Origin: Christensenellaceae bacterium
GTDB taxonomy: Bacteria > Bacillota > Clostridia > Christensenellales > Borkfalkiaceae
Reading direction: 5' to 3'
DNA length: 64,000 bases
NCBI GenBank assembly: GCA_045651665.1
Contig: JAZRSR010000022.1
Coordinates: 17,116-81,115, forward strand
Shown here: positions 18,255 through 27,004 of the stretch, piece by piece
Layout of the letters: each line of letters starts with the position of its first letter
Position numbering within the stretch: the first letter of the stretch is position 1
Made by a program: the position numbers and the translations under genes
The notes under the pieces: model-generated
What the model was told of the DNA's origin: nothing
The model's database searches: none
What the model saw: the letters and a program-made list of their open reading frames with translations, nothing else

Positions 18255-19105
18255 TGTTCGGATATTTAAGGCCAGACAATCCCTATTTGTATATTAAAGA
18301 CGAAACTTTATATAAAGCGTTATATTGCGGAATATGCAAGAGCATTGGTAAAATTTGCGGTCAAGTGCCGAGATTTACTTTAAGTTACGATATGGCGTTT
18401 ATGAGCGCAATAACTCACAATATATTAGGGGTTGACGTAAAAATTAATAAAGAGCGTTGTATTGCTCATCAAATAAAAAAACGCCCCGTTGCAAAGCCGG
18501 ACGATATTTCGTTAATGCTTGGAGCAACTAACGTAATACTTGCGTATTGCAAACTTTCAGACGACGTTATTGATGAAAATAAAGGAAGATTAAGGCGTTC
18601 ATTAATAAAAAATGGTTATAAAAAGTCCAAAAAACTTTATCCAAAGATTGATGAAATAGTGATAAACGGCTATAACGAACTTAGAAAATTTGAAAAGGAA
18701 AATTCTGATAGTATCGATATGGTATGTCATCCTTTTTCAGTAATTATGGAAAGCGTTTCAACTGAAGTGTTTAAGGATAAAGCAACTGAAAATACGAAAG
18801 GTTTGTTTTATGCTTTAGGCAAGTGGATATACCTAATAGACGCGCTTGACGACTATGATAAGGACGTTAAAAAGGGTAGTTTTAACGTTTTATATAACGC
18901 TTATAAGTGTGAAAGTTTTTTAGAACTTGTCAATAATCATAAAGATGAGTTATTTTTTATTTTTAGTGGGATTTTCTCGCAAATTGCGGAAAACTTTAAG
19001 CAAATTAAAATGCAGTTTAATACAGACCTTGTTACTAACGTTTTAACGAGGGGTATACCTAAAACAACTAATAATATATTAACAAAAGGAATTAAAAATG
19101 ATTGA
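18254..19105 (+). CDS. DUF5685-like protein of unknown function (Cys cluster plus two Asp-rich motifs)
   Basis: The N-terminus MFGYLRPD...YCGICKSIGKICG resembles what I recall as DUF5685. It carries Asp-rich DDVID (nt 18560-18574) and DDYDKD (about nt 18848-18865). Its start overlaps the trpS stop (TAATG). Confidence 0.6.
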   Translation: MFGYLRPDNPYLYIKDETLYKALYCGICKSIGKICGQVPRFTLSYDMAFMSAITHNILGVDVKINKERCIAHQIKKRPVAKPDDISLMLGATNVILAYCKLSDDVIDENKGRLRRSLIKNGYKKSKKLYPKIDEIVINGYNELRKFEKENSDSIDMVCHPFSVIMESVSTEVFKDKATENTKGLFYALGKWIYLIDALDDYDKDVKKGSFNVLYNAYKCESFLELVNNHKDELFFIFSGIFSQIAENFKQIKMQFNTDLVTNVLTRGIPKTTNNILTKGIKND

Positions 19106-19733
19106 AAAGTATTATAAATCTTTAGGCGTTACCGCTGAAGATAGTGATGAATTTATTAAAGAAAGGTATCTTGAACTTAAAAAACGATACGAAGAAGAAA
19201 GATTTTCTGAAGATAGCGAGGTTGGAAATAACGCAGCGAAACGACTTACTGAAATTGAAGTGGCGTATAACGCAATCGTAAACTATCGTTTTGAACACTC
19301 TAAAAACGGCGGAACTGCCGAAGCGTTTGCAAGCGTTGACGCCGCTATTAAGAGTGGCAACTTAAACGCCGCTCAACAGCTTCTTGATGATTTTGACGAA
19401 AGGAGTGCAGAGTGGCACTATTATCAATCTTTCGTGTTTTACAAGAAAAACTGGATTAATGAAAGCAAGAAACAACTTGAAATTGCTATTTCAATGAATC
19501 CTAACGAAACAAAATATCAAGAGTCGCTCAAAAAACTTAATGAAAAAGTAAACAATGGGGCGAAAATTAATCACGATTGGAATAAGTCAGGCAACGCTAA
19601 CGGCAATCAAACTGGCGCTCCGTATAATCAAGGTGAACCGGCGCAACAAATGGGTGGAGATAGTTGTTTACAATGGTGTTGCGAAATGGCAATTTGTAAT
19701 ATGCTCCTCAACTGTTGTTGTAGTTGTCACTAA
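19098..19733 (+). CDS. J-like domain / TPR-like protein with a C-terminal cysteine-rich tail
   Basis: KYYKSLGV...IKERYLELKKRY resembles J-domain helices I-II but the HPD tripeptide is absent. A TPR-like middle follows. The last 26 aa hold 9 Cys (CLQWCCEMAICNMLLNCCCSCH). There is an 8-nt overlap with the upstream gene. Confidence 0.55.
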   Translation: MIEKYYKSLGVTAEDSDEFIKERYLELKKRYEEERFSEDSEVGNNAAKRLTEIEVAYNAIVNYRFEHSKNGGTAEAFASVDAAIKSGNLNAAQQLLDDFDERSAEWHYYQSFVFYKKNWINESKKQLEIAISMNPNETKYQESLKKLNEKVNNGAKINHDWNKSGNANGNQTGAPYNQGEPAQQMGGDSCLQWCCEMAICNMLLNCCCSCH

Positions 19734-19735
19734 TT

Positions 19736-20251
19736 ATGAAAGACGGAAAGCTTATAGCCTTATCCGCAGTTTCAACTGCGCTTGGAGTAATTTTTTTAAT
19801 TATAGGCGCTTATATTGAAACTTTTGATTTAAGCGCACTCTTTATGTCTGCTATAGCAATTATGCTACCGCTTTCAAAAAATAGCGTTAAAGGAGCGTTG
19901 TTTACTTACGGAGCAACTGCGTTACTTTCATTTTGTTTCGCGCTTTCGAGGTTTTACGTTCCACTTCTTTACGTTTTATTCTTCGGTATTCATCCGATAA
20001 TTAACTATATTCAATTAAACAGCAAAAAAAACCTTTGGTTTTTATACGTAATTAAAGGCTTGTGGTTTATTGGAATAATGTTTATTATGTATTATTCTTT
20101 CACGCTGTTTATCGTTGAAATTGAATCTATTAAAAAATTTATGCCTGTTATCATAACGGTACTTGGCGTTATAATGTACGTTGCGTATGACTTTGTTATG
20201 ATAAGATTTCAAAAAATGTCTTTTAATATTATTAAAAGGTTAGGTTTATAA
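19736..20251 (+). CDS. Integral membrane protein of unknown function (about 5 TM)
   Basis: Hydrophobic 171-aa ORF starting 3 nt after the upstream stop. No recognisable motif. Confidence 0.5.
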   Translation: MKDGKLIALSAVSTALGVIFLIIGAYIETFDLSALFMSAIAIMLPLSKNSVKGALFTYGATALLSFCFALSRFYVPLLYVLFFGIHPIINYIQLNSKKNLWFLYVIKGLWFIGIMFIMYYSFTLFIVEIESIKKFMPVIITVLGVIMYVAYDFVMIRFQKMSFNIIKRLGL

Positions 20252-20253
20252 TT

Positions 20254-21654
20254 ATGCGTAAAAATGACGAACTTATCGGCAACGTGTCCGCGATAGGCTC
20301 CAATATGGAGGGAATCGTTCGTACTCAAGACTTTGTTTGTTTTGTTCCTTTTGCACTAGTTGGCGAAAAGATAAAATTCAAAGTATTAAAAGTAACTAAA
20401 AATATAGCATTTTGCAAATTATTAGAGGTCTTAACCCCTGCGGAGCAGAGGGTAAGGCCTCGTTGTCGTGTTTATGGAAAATGCGGTGGTTGTCAATTGC
20501 AACACTTGCGTTATAAAGATCAATTAAAACTTAAGTCAACAACTGTTAAAGACTGCTTAAAGAAGATTGCGAACGTTGATTTTGAAGTAATGCCTTGTGT
20601 TAAAAGCGATTTAGAATACGAGTATAGAAACAAACTTCAACTGCCCGTTAGATGTGATAATGGAGAAGTTAAAATAGGTTTTTTTGCTCAAAATTCACAT
20701 AGAATAGTCGAGGTTAGCGAGTGTCCTATTCAAAATTCGTGGTGTTCTGATATAATTAGCGCAGTTAAACAATTTGTAATTGATAATAAGGTTTCTTGCT
20801 ACAACGAATTTACGGGTGATGGTCTTTTACGTCACGTCGTAGTTAGAAAAGTTGATTTTTCTTTGATTATAACTCTTGTTATTAATGGTAAAACTTTACC
20901 AAATGCAGATAAATTAATTGAAATATTATCTAAAAAATTCAAAAAGTTTTCTTTGTTTGTTAATGAAAACTTTGAAAATAGCAACGTAATTTTAGGAGAA
21001 AAATTTACTCTGCTTTTTGGTGAAGATAGTTATCAAACGGAAGAATTTGGCATTAAATACAAAGTTAACGTTCAGTCGTTTATGCAAGTTAATAATTACG
21101 TTAAAAGTAAACTTTATTCAAGCGTTATTGATAGTGTTTCGGCTGATGAGAATACGGTAGTTATCGATGCTTATAGTGGCGCAGGGCTTATGACGGCAAT
21201 GCTTAGTAAAAATGCTAAAAAAGCATACGGTATCGAGATTATTAAAGAAGCGGTTGACGCGGGCAACGATCTTGCCAAGGAAAACGGGTTAGAGAACAAA
21301 GTTAAAAATATTTGCGCTCCTTGTGAAGAAGAATTACCTAAGTTGATTAGTAGATTGAAGGTGGAAAACAACGATATATCAGTAGTTTTAGACCCGCCAA
21401 GAAAAGGTTGTGATAAAAAGGTTATAGATGCTATACTTTCTGCAAAACCCGATAAAGTCGTTTACGTTTCTTGTTCTCCACAAACGTTGGCGCGTGACTT
21501 AGGGTTGTTAACTGGCACTTTATATTACGATGGTAACGAACTTAAAAAATCTACTGAAGTTAATCCTATTTATAAAATCGAAAAAGTTCAACCTTATGAT
21601 ATGTTCCCACAAACAAAACACGTTGAAACGCTGGTTTGTCTTGTGCGCAAGTGA
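20254..21654 (+). CDS. 23S rRNA (uracil-5-)-methyltransferase, RumA/RlmD family
   Basis: TRAM-like N-terminus, Fe-S cysteine cluster CRVYGKCGGCQLQH...C, a SAM-binding DAYSGAG motif and DPPRKG. Confidence 0.88.
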   Translation: MRKNDELIGNVSAIGSNMEGIVRTQDFVCFVPFALVGEKIKFKVLKVTKNIAFCKLLEVLTPAEQRVRPRCRVYGKCGGCQLQHLRYKDQLKLKSTTVKDCLKKIANVDFEVMPCVKSDLEYEYRNKLQLPVRCDNGEVKIGFFAQNSHRIVEVSECPIQNSWCSDIISAVKQFVIDNKVSCYNEFTGDGLLRHVVVRKVDFSLIITLVINGKTLPNADKLIEILSKKFKKFSLFVNENFENSNVILGEKFTLLFGEDSYQTEEFGIKYKVNVQSFMQVNNYVKSKLYSSVIDSVSADENTVVIDAYSGAGLMTAMLSKNAKKAYGIEIIKEAVDAGNDLAKENGLENKVKNICAPCEEELPKLISRLKVENNDISVVLDPPRKGCDKKVIDAILSAKPDKVVYVSCSPQTLARDLGLLTGTLYYDGNELKKSTEVNPIYKIEKVQPYDMFPQTKHVETLVCLVRK

Positions 21655-21739
21655 TAGATGTTTCCTCTCAAATTAATACGACTAAAGAAACCTTTTGTGA
21701 AACCATTTCAATACGATGAAGAAAAAAGGAGATAAGAAA

Positions 21740-22369
21740 ATGAACAATCAATGGAACGGTAAAATTTGGCATGCGTACGGCACGTCTATGACAAGCGTGC
21801 AACAGGGCAAATACGTGCCCATTGTTGAAAAATTAAGCGGTCTTAAAGTCGTTAATCACGGCATACCAGGGGGCTGTTTAACGCCCGACGGCTACGGTAA
21901 AGGCAACGTGAAAAAAGCGGTGATGACTTTGGATGATGGAAAAGCGGAAGCCGATTTAATCACCTTGGAAGTATTGCCCAACGAAGGCGCGGTTGTGGGC
22001 GAAATTTACGACACGGACGACGAGTCTTTTTGCGGTTGTTTCAATCAAGCCTTGCGCTATTTACAAGAAAACACTAAAGCGCAAATCGTCGTAATTTTAA
22101 TGGTGTTAAGCAACAACGTGACACCCGAAACGCCAGGCGAAAAACGCAAAATCACCGCGTTTGAATTTGCGGAAAAAGCCGAACGCGTAGCAAAACTCAA
22201 CGGCGTACCCGTCATCAACGTTATAGGCGAGGCTGGGTTTGGGTATGCACGCGTAAAAAATAAGGACTATCAATTAGACCATATCCACTTAAACGAGCTT
22301 GGCGGTAAGATTATGGGTGAGTTTGTTTGGAGCAAACTCAAAGATATTCCCACTTGGCAAAGCGAGTAA
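21740..22369 (+). CDS. SGNH/GDSL-like hydrolase (compositionally atypical gene)
   Basis: AYGTSMT block I and DHIHLN block V of SGNH hydrolases. Strong RBS AAGGAG. Visibly higher G+C and different codon choice from the neighbouring genes. Confidence 0.65.
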   Translation: MNNQWNGKIWHAYGTSMTSVQQGKYVPIVEKLSGLKVVNHGIPGGCLTPDGYGKGNVKKAVMTLDDGKAEADLITLEVLPNEGAVVGEIYDTDDESFCGCFNQALRYLQENTKAQIVVILMVLSNNVTPETPGEKRKITAFEFAEKAERVAKLNGVPVINVIGEAGFGYARVKNKDYQLDHIHLNELGGKIMGEFVWSKLKDIPTWQSE

Positions 22370-22502
22370 ACTGTGTAACGTTTTTTGGGCGGATGATCCT
22401 TTTGAAGCCCGTAGCTACTTAGATATGGGAATTGACACAATATTAACAAATGATTATTTGAGCGTTTATAACGCCGTTAAAGATAAATTACCAAATAGAT
22501 AA
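22370..22502 (+). pseudogene. Remnant of the C-terminus of a glycerophosphodiester phosphodiesterase (GDPD)
   Basis: LCNVFWADDPFEARSYLDMGIDTILTNDYL matches the last strand-helix of GDPD TIM barrels; compare RAWGIYDEE...GVDGMTVNFPD in the intact GDPD at 24373-25095. It has no upstream catalytic part and no start or RBS of its own. Confidence 0.5.
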
Positions 22503-22515
22503 ATCGGAGGTTTAT

Positions 22516-23715
22516 ATGCAATCGCTAAAGTATTTGTATAGAATAGGTGAAGGTCCGTCATCGTCGCATACGATGGGTCCTATTTCCGCGTGTGAAAGAT
22601 TTTATAATGAAAATAAAAATGCTGATAAATTTAAGGTTGTTTTATATGGGTCGCTTGCAAAAACCGGCAAAGGGCACATGACTGATAGCGCAATTTTAGA
22701 TTTTTTTGGTAAAGATAAATGTGAAATAGTTTTTGATTTAGATACTCCTACCGAATATCATCCTAACACTATGGACTTTTTTGCTTATAAAGACGGTTTA
22801 CAAGTAAATAAACGTCGTTTTTATAGTATTGGTGGTGGCGAAGTTCTTGCCGATGGCGAAGAATTACAAGAGCACCCAAGCGTTTATCCGCACAAGTCGT
22901 TTACCGATATTGCTAATTATTGTAATGAAAACAATATTAGAATATGGGAATACGTTGAACAGTTTGAAGGTGAAGAAATTTGGGAATACTTTGATGCCGT
23001 TTGGTCTGTTATGTTAGATGCAATAAAACGTGGTCTTGCTAGTGAGGGTGTATTACAAGGTGGACTTGGCACTCAAAGAAAGGCAAGGTTTTTATCCCGC
23101 CAAAGCCACGTTGATGAAAGTGAAGAAACAAAGATGAATAGGCTTATTTGTTCTTACGCTTTTGCCGTTAGTGAAGAAAACGCATCGGGTGGGCTTATAG
23201 TAACCGCTCCAACTTGTGGTGCTTGCGGTGTTTTACCAGCAGTTCTTAAATATTTGCAACAAAAACGTGGTTTTTCAAAAATTGATATTTTACACGCTAT
23301 TGCAACGGGTGGAATAATAGGTAACCTTATTAAAACTAACGCGTCTATTAGTGGGGCGGAGTGTGGTTGTCAAGCGGAAATCGGTACTGCTTGTGCTATG
23401 GCGGCAGCAGCAGCTTGTGAACTTTACGGGCTTAATTTAGAAGAGATTGAATATTCTGCCGAAATGTCTATTGAACACCATTTAGGGCTTACTTGTGACC
23501 CCGTATGTGGTCTTGTTCAAATTCCGTGCATTGAAAGAAACGCGATTGCCGCTATGCGCGCGTTAAACGCAGTTAATTTAGCCGATTTTTTAGCAGATAG
23601 TAGAAAAATTACTTTTGATATGATTGTGGAAACTATGTATGAAACTGGTAGAGATCTAAAAGTAATGTATCGTGAAACTTCCGAAGGTGGTCTTGCTAAA
23701 AAGTATAAAATATGA
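22516..23715 (+). CDS. sdaA: L-serine ammonia-lyase (iron-sulfur dependent, single-chain)
   Basis: IGEGPSSSHTMGP N-terminal motif and the TAPTCGACGVLPAV cluster-binding motif of L-serine dehydratases. Confidence 0.88.
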   Translation: MQSLKYLYRIGEGPSSSHTMGPISACERFYNENKNADKFKVVLYGSLAKTGKGHMTDSAILDFFGKDKCEIVFDLDTPTEYHPNTMDFFAYKDGLQVNKRRFYSIGGGEVLADGEELQEHPSVYPHKSFTDIANYCNENNIRIWEYVEQFEGEEIWEYFDAVWSVMLDAIKRGLASEGVLQGGLGTQRKARFLSRQSHVDESEETKMNRLICSYAFAVSEENASGGLIVTAPTCGACGVLPAVLKYLQQKRGFSKIDILHAIATGGIIGNLIKTNASISGAECGCQAEIGTACAMAAAAACELYGLNLEEIEYSAEMSIEHHLGLTCDPVCGLVQIPCIERNAIAAMRALNAVNLADFLADSRKITFDMIVETMYETGRDLKVMYRETSEGGLAKKYKI

Positions 23716-23724
23716 GGTTTATCT

Positions 23725-24369
23725 ATGAAAAAAGTTGTATTGATAGGCGATTCTATAAGGATGGGCTATGATAAATACGTTAAAGATGCTTTAGAAGGCG
23801 TTGCGCAAGTTTATTATCCTACTGAAAATTGTAGGTTTTGTGAGTACGTATTACGCTATGCTCACGAGTGGAAAAGTTCCTTTGCTTGTGGTGACGACGT
23901 TGACCTTGTTCATTGGAACGCTGGGCTATGGGATGCTTTAGAACTTTTTGGCGATGAGCCTTTAACTCCTATTTCTTTTTATGGTGAGTTGATAAAAAGG
24001 GTAGATAAAAGGCTTCGTATGCTATATCCTAAGGCAAAATTCGTGTTTGCAACGTCTACTTGCGTAAACGAACAAATGAGCAGACCTGAATTTACTCGCC
24101 ACAACAGTATTATTGAAAAATACAATGCCGAGGCGCTAAAAGTTTTAGCGAATACTGATACAATTATCAACGATTTATACTCGTTAACGGCTAAATTACC
24201 TAACGAGTATCGTTCCGATTGGGTGCATTTTTATACGCCGAAGGGGACTGAAGTAATTGGTGGTAGAGTTCTATCAATAATTTCAAAAGAACTTCAAATT
24301 AATGCTACTGATATTAATATTGATAATTTTATTCCCGAAAAATATTCAAGTGAAAATATAGGTGGTTAA
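23725..24369 (+). CDS. SGNH/GDSL hydrolase family protein
   Basis: VVLIGDSIRMGY (block I), HWNAGLWD (block III) and DWVHF (block V). Confidence 0.75.
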   Translation: MKKVVLIGDSIRMGYDKYVKDALEGVAQVYYPTENCRFCEYVLRYAHEWKSSFACGDDVDLVHWNAGLWDALELFGDEPLTPISFYGELIKRVDKRLRMLYPKAKFVFATSTCVNEQMSRPEFTRHNSIIEKYNAEALKVLANTDTIINDLYSLTAKLPNEYRSDWVHFYTPKGTEVIGGRVLSIISKELQINATDINIDNFIPEKYSSENIGG

Positions 24370-24372
24370 TTA

Positions 24373-25095
24373 GTGAAAAAATTTATAAATTACGCGCATA
24401 GGGGCGCGCCGAGTTATTGCCCGGAAAACACCTTAATGTCTTTTTATACGGGTGTTTATATGGGCGCTAACGGAATTGAAACTGACGTTCAAGTAACTAA
24501 AGACGGCGTGTTAGTGTTATTTCACGATGATGCGTTAGATAGGGTAACGGGCGAAAAGGGTGCTATTATTGATTATACTTACTCTGAACTTCAAAATTTT
24601 TGGGTTTATAATGGTAAGTTAAAAGATAAAATTATAACCTTAGAAGAGTTTTTTGTTAAGTTTAAGGATTTTGATTTGACGTTTGCAATAGAGCTCAAAG
24701 CTAAAAACGTACACAAACAAACTGCCGATTTGATTAATAAATATAATCTTATTAAAAAGGTTATAGTAACATCTTTTGATTATGAAAGTATTAAAAATAT
24801 TAAAGAGTATTCGCCTAATTTAAGGATTGGATATTTGACTTCTTTAGTAGATAGTGAAGTTATTGATAAATTAAAAGCAATAAACGCTTACGAAATTTGC
24901 CCGGAGAGTAAAATTGTTACTTTAGAAAACGTTAATAAATGGAAAAGTTTAGGTTTTAACGTCCGCGCGTGGGGTATATACGATGAAGAAATAATGAAAT
25001 CAGTATATAAAGCAGGTGTAGACGGTATGACCGTTAATTTCCCCGATAAATTAACGCAATATATAAAATCTAAGCTTGATAGGTGTAAAATATGA
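24373..25095 (+). CDS. Glycerophosphodiester phosphodiesterase (GDPD family)
   Basis: AHRGAPSYCPENT...GIETDVQVTKDGVLVLFHDD catalytic motifs. GTG start after GGTGG. Confidence 0.85.
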   Translation: MKKFINYAHRGAPSYCPENTLMSFYTGVYMGANGIETDVQVTKDGVLVLFHDDALDRVTGEKGAIIDYTYSELQNFWVYNGKLKDKIITLEEFFVKFKDFDLTFAIELKAKNVHKQTADLINKYNLIKKVIVTSFDYESIKNIKEYSPNLRIGYLTSLVDSEVIDKLKAINAYEICPESKIVTLENVNKWKSLGFNVRAWGIYDEEIMKSVYKAGVDGMTVNFPDKLTQYIKSKLDRCKI

Positions 25096-25730
25096 ATTAT
25101 AAAGTAATTAATTTTGAAAATTTTGAAAGAAAAGACTTGTTCAAACTATATACTACTGACTTAAAAATCGTTATGAATTTAACCGTTGAAATGGACGTAA
25201 CTAATTTAGTTAATTTTGTAAAGCAAAACGGTTATAAATTTTACCCGTGTATGATTTGGGTGGTTTCTAAAATAGTTAACTCTCGTGATGAGTTTAAGTA
25301 TGCTAAAAAAGATGGTAAACTTATTTTGTGGGATTACATTTCCCCGTCGTTTACCGATTTTAATCAAGAAACACAAAAATTCAATAAGTTCGTTTCTGAA
25401 TATTCAAGCGACTTTAAGACTTTTTATAATACTTGCCAAAGTGATAGAGAAAAATATAAAAACGTTGTAGGATTTGTTGAAAATCAACCTGAAAACGTTT
25501 TTGATATTACTTGTTTACCGTGGGTTTATTATAAAAACTTCACTATGCATATTGAAACTGAACAGAGGTTTTTCCCCGTGGTTAGTTGGGGTAAGTACGT
25601 TTTAGAAAATGGCAGATATAAAATGCCCGTTACTATTGATTTTAATCACGCTGTAGGCGATGGCTACCACGCATCGAGATTCTTTAACGAACTTCAAGAT
25701 TTTATCTCTGATTTTGCTAATAAAATTTGA
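25092..25730 (+). CDS. Chloramphenicol O-acetyltransferase (classical CAT) family protein
   Basis: Colinear by eye with CAT: FYPCMIWVVSKIVN, and NHAVGDGYHASRFFNELQ against HHAVCDGFHVGRMLNELQ. The catalytic His is retained. Confidence 0.82.
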   Translation: MNYKVINFENFERKDLFKLYTTDLKIVMNLTVEMDVTNLVNFVKQNGYKFYPCMIWVVSKIVNSRDEFKYAKKDGKLILWDYISPSFTDFNQETQKFNKFVSEYSSDFKTFYNTCQSDREKYKNVVGFVENQPENVFDITCLPWVYYKNFTMHIETEQRFFPVVSWGKYVLENGRYKMPVTIDFNHAVGDGYHASRFFNELQDFISDFANKI

Positions 25731-25744
25731 TTTAAGGTGTGTTA

Positions 25745-27004
25745 ATGAAAAAACTTCTTGATTTAGCGATGGATATTGGCGAGCAAATGATAATGTGCGG
25801 GGCTGAAGTTCATCGTGTTGAGGATACTCTTTATAGAATATGTAAAGCGTTTGGAGCAAAAAGGGTTGACGTATTTATTATAACAACAAGTATGGTTGTA
25901 ACTCTTCACGATAATTGTGATAATCCTTTTACTCAAACTAGAAGGTTGACTTCTTCAGGTACAAATTTTGATAAACTTGCTAAGTTAAACGCATTATCAA
26001 GGAAAATTTGTAGCGGGCAAAACCCAAACGTCGATTGGATAAAAACTGAACTTGAATACATAGCAAATTCAAGAAGTTATCCGCTTTTTATAGAGTTTAT
26101 ATTCTATGCGGTAATTGCGGGTGCGTTTACTTTGTTTTTTAATGGAACTGTGATGCAAGCATTAGTTTCGGTTTTTATAGGGTTAGTGCTTAGATTTGTA
26201 GTTCTGTTTTCCGATAAATTTCTAAATAATAAACTTTTTGCAAAACTTATATCGTCGATAATCTTAACTTCGCTTGCGTTTTTAGCGTTAAAAATTAAAA
26301 TCGTGGCGTCGGTTGACGAGATTATTATCGGAAATATTATGCTTATAATTCCGGGTGTTGGCTTAACTAATTCACTTCGCGACTTGTTTACTGGTGATAG
26401 TATGGCGGGTACTTTGCGATTAATTGAGGCTTTGATTACGGCGCTTGCTATTGCGCTTGGATATTTGCTTTTTGTTTTTATTTCAAGGCAAACAACCTAT
26501 TATGCAGGTGTTTCAAACACGGTAGAGTTTTGGCAGTTGTTAGTTCAAGTAATTGCAGGTATTGTTGGCGCGGTAGGTTTTGGCGTTCTATATAACGTTA
26601 GGGGTAAGCATCTTGTTGCCGTTGGAATTGGCGGTGGTCTTGCATGGCTATTATATTTATTGCTTTTTACTTTAATTAAAAACGAAGTAATATGTTATTT
26701 TGTTGTTTCGCTCTCCGTTTCACTTTATTGTGAAGCGCTTGCAAGAATATTAAAAGCGCCAACAACAGTCTTTTTAACTCCGTCATTAATACCGCTTATT
26801 CCTGGGGCATCATTATATCACGCTATGACGACTATGTTTAGTGGAGACGTGTTGCAGTTTGGTACTAGAGCACTTGCAACTATTGAATTAGCAGCGGCGC
26901 TAGCGCTTGGCGTTATAGTGGCAACTGCAGTTATGAAGATTATTAATATGATAGTTTATAAACAAAAAAATAATAAAGGAAATTACAAAAATGGAAAAAT
27001 TTGA
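25745..27004 (+). CDS. Threonine/serine exporter family protein (ThrE; fused DUF1212 and DUF3815 halves)
   Basis: The N-terminal soluble-like region LLDLAMDIGEQMIMCGAEVHRVEDT is followed by about 9 TM helices. ATG 25745 follows AAGGTG. Confidence 0.78.
   Translation: MKKLLDLAMDIGEQMIMCGAEVHRVEDTLYRICKAFGAKRVDVFIITTSMVVTLHDNCDNPFTQTRRLTSSGTNFDKLAKLNALSRKICSGQNPNVDWIKTELEYIANSRSYPLFIEFIFYAVIAGAFTLFFNGTVMQALVSVFIGLVLRFVVLFSDKFLNNKLFAKLISSIILTSLAFLALKIKIVASVDEIIIGNIMLIIPGVGLTNSLRDLFTGDSMAGTLRLIEALITALAIALGYLLFVFISRQTTYYAGVSNTVEFWQLLVQVIAGIVGAVGFGVLYNVRGKHLVAVGIGGGLAWLLYLLLFTLIKNEVICYFVVSLSVSLYCEALARILKAPTTVFLTPSLIPLIPGASLYHAMTTMFSGDVLQFGTRALATIELAAALALGVIVATAVMKIINMIVYKQKNNKGNYKNGKI

Noticed and set aside
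19555-19818. 87-aa ORF overlapping the 3' end of the J-like gene and the 5' end of the membrane protein gene.
   Set aside because: It is an alternative frame across two well-supported, tightly coupled genes, with no RBS and an arbitrary composition.
21674-21683. TAATACGACT, identical to the first 10 nt of the phage T7 promoter, just upstream of the foreign-looking SGNH gene.
   Set aside because: The match stops before the essential CACTATAGG part (here AAAGAAACC). A 10-mer match is plausible by chance in 128 kb of two-strand sequence, and no phage genes are nearby.
22299-22369. The 5' part of ORF 22299-22502, which overlaps the end of the SGNH gene in another frame.
   Set aside because: Only the portion downstream of 22370 resembles GDPD. 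The overlapping upstream part (MAVRLWVSLFGANSKIFPLGKASK) has no similarity to GDPD and no RBS. The ORF is best read as a remnant, not a live gene.
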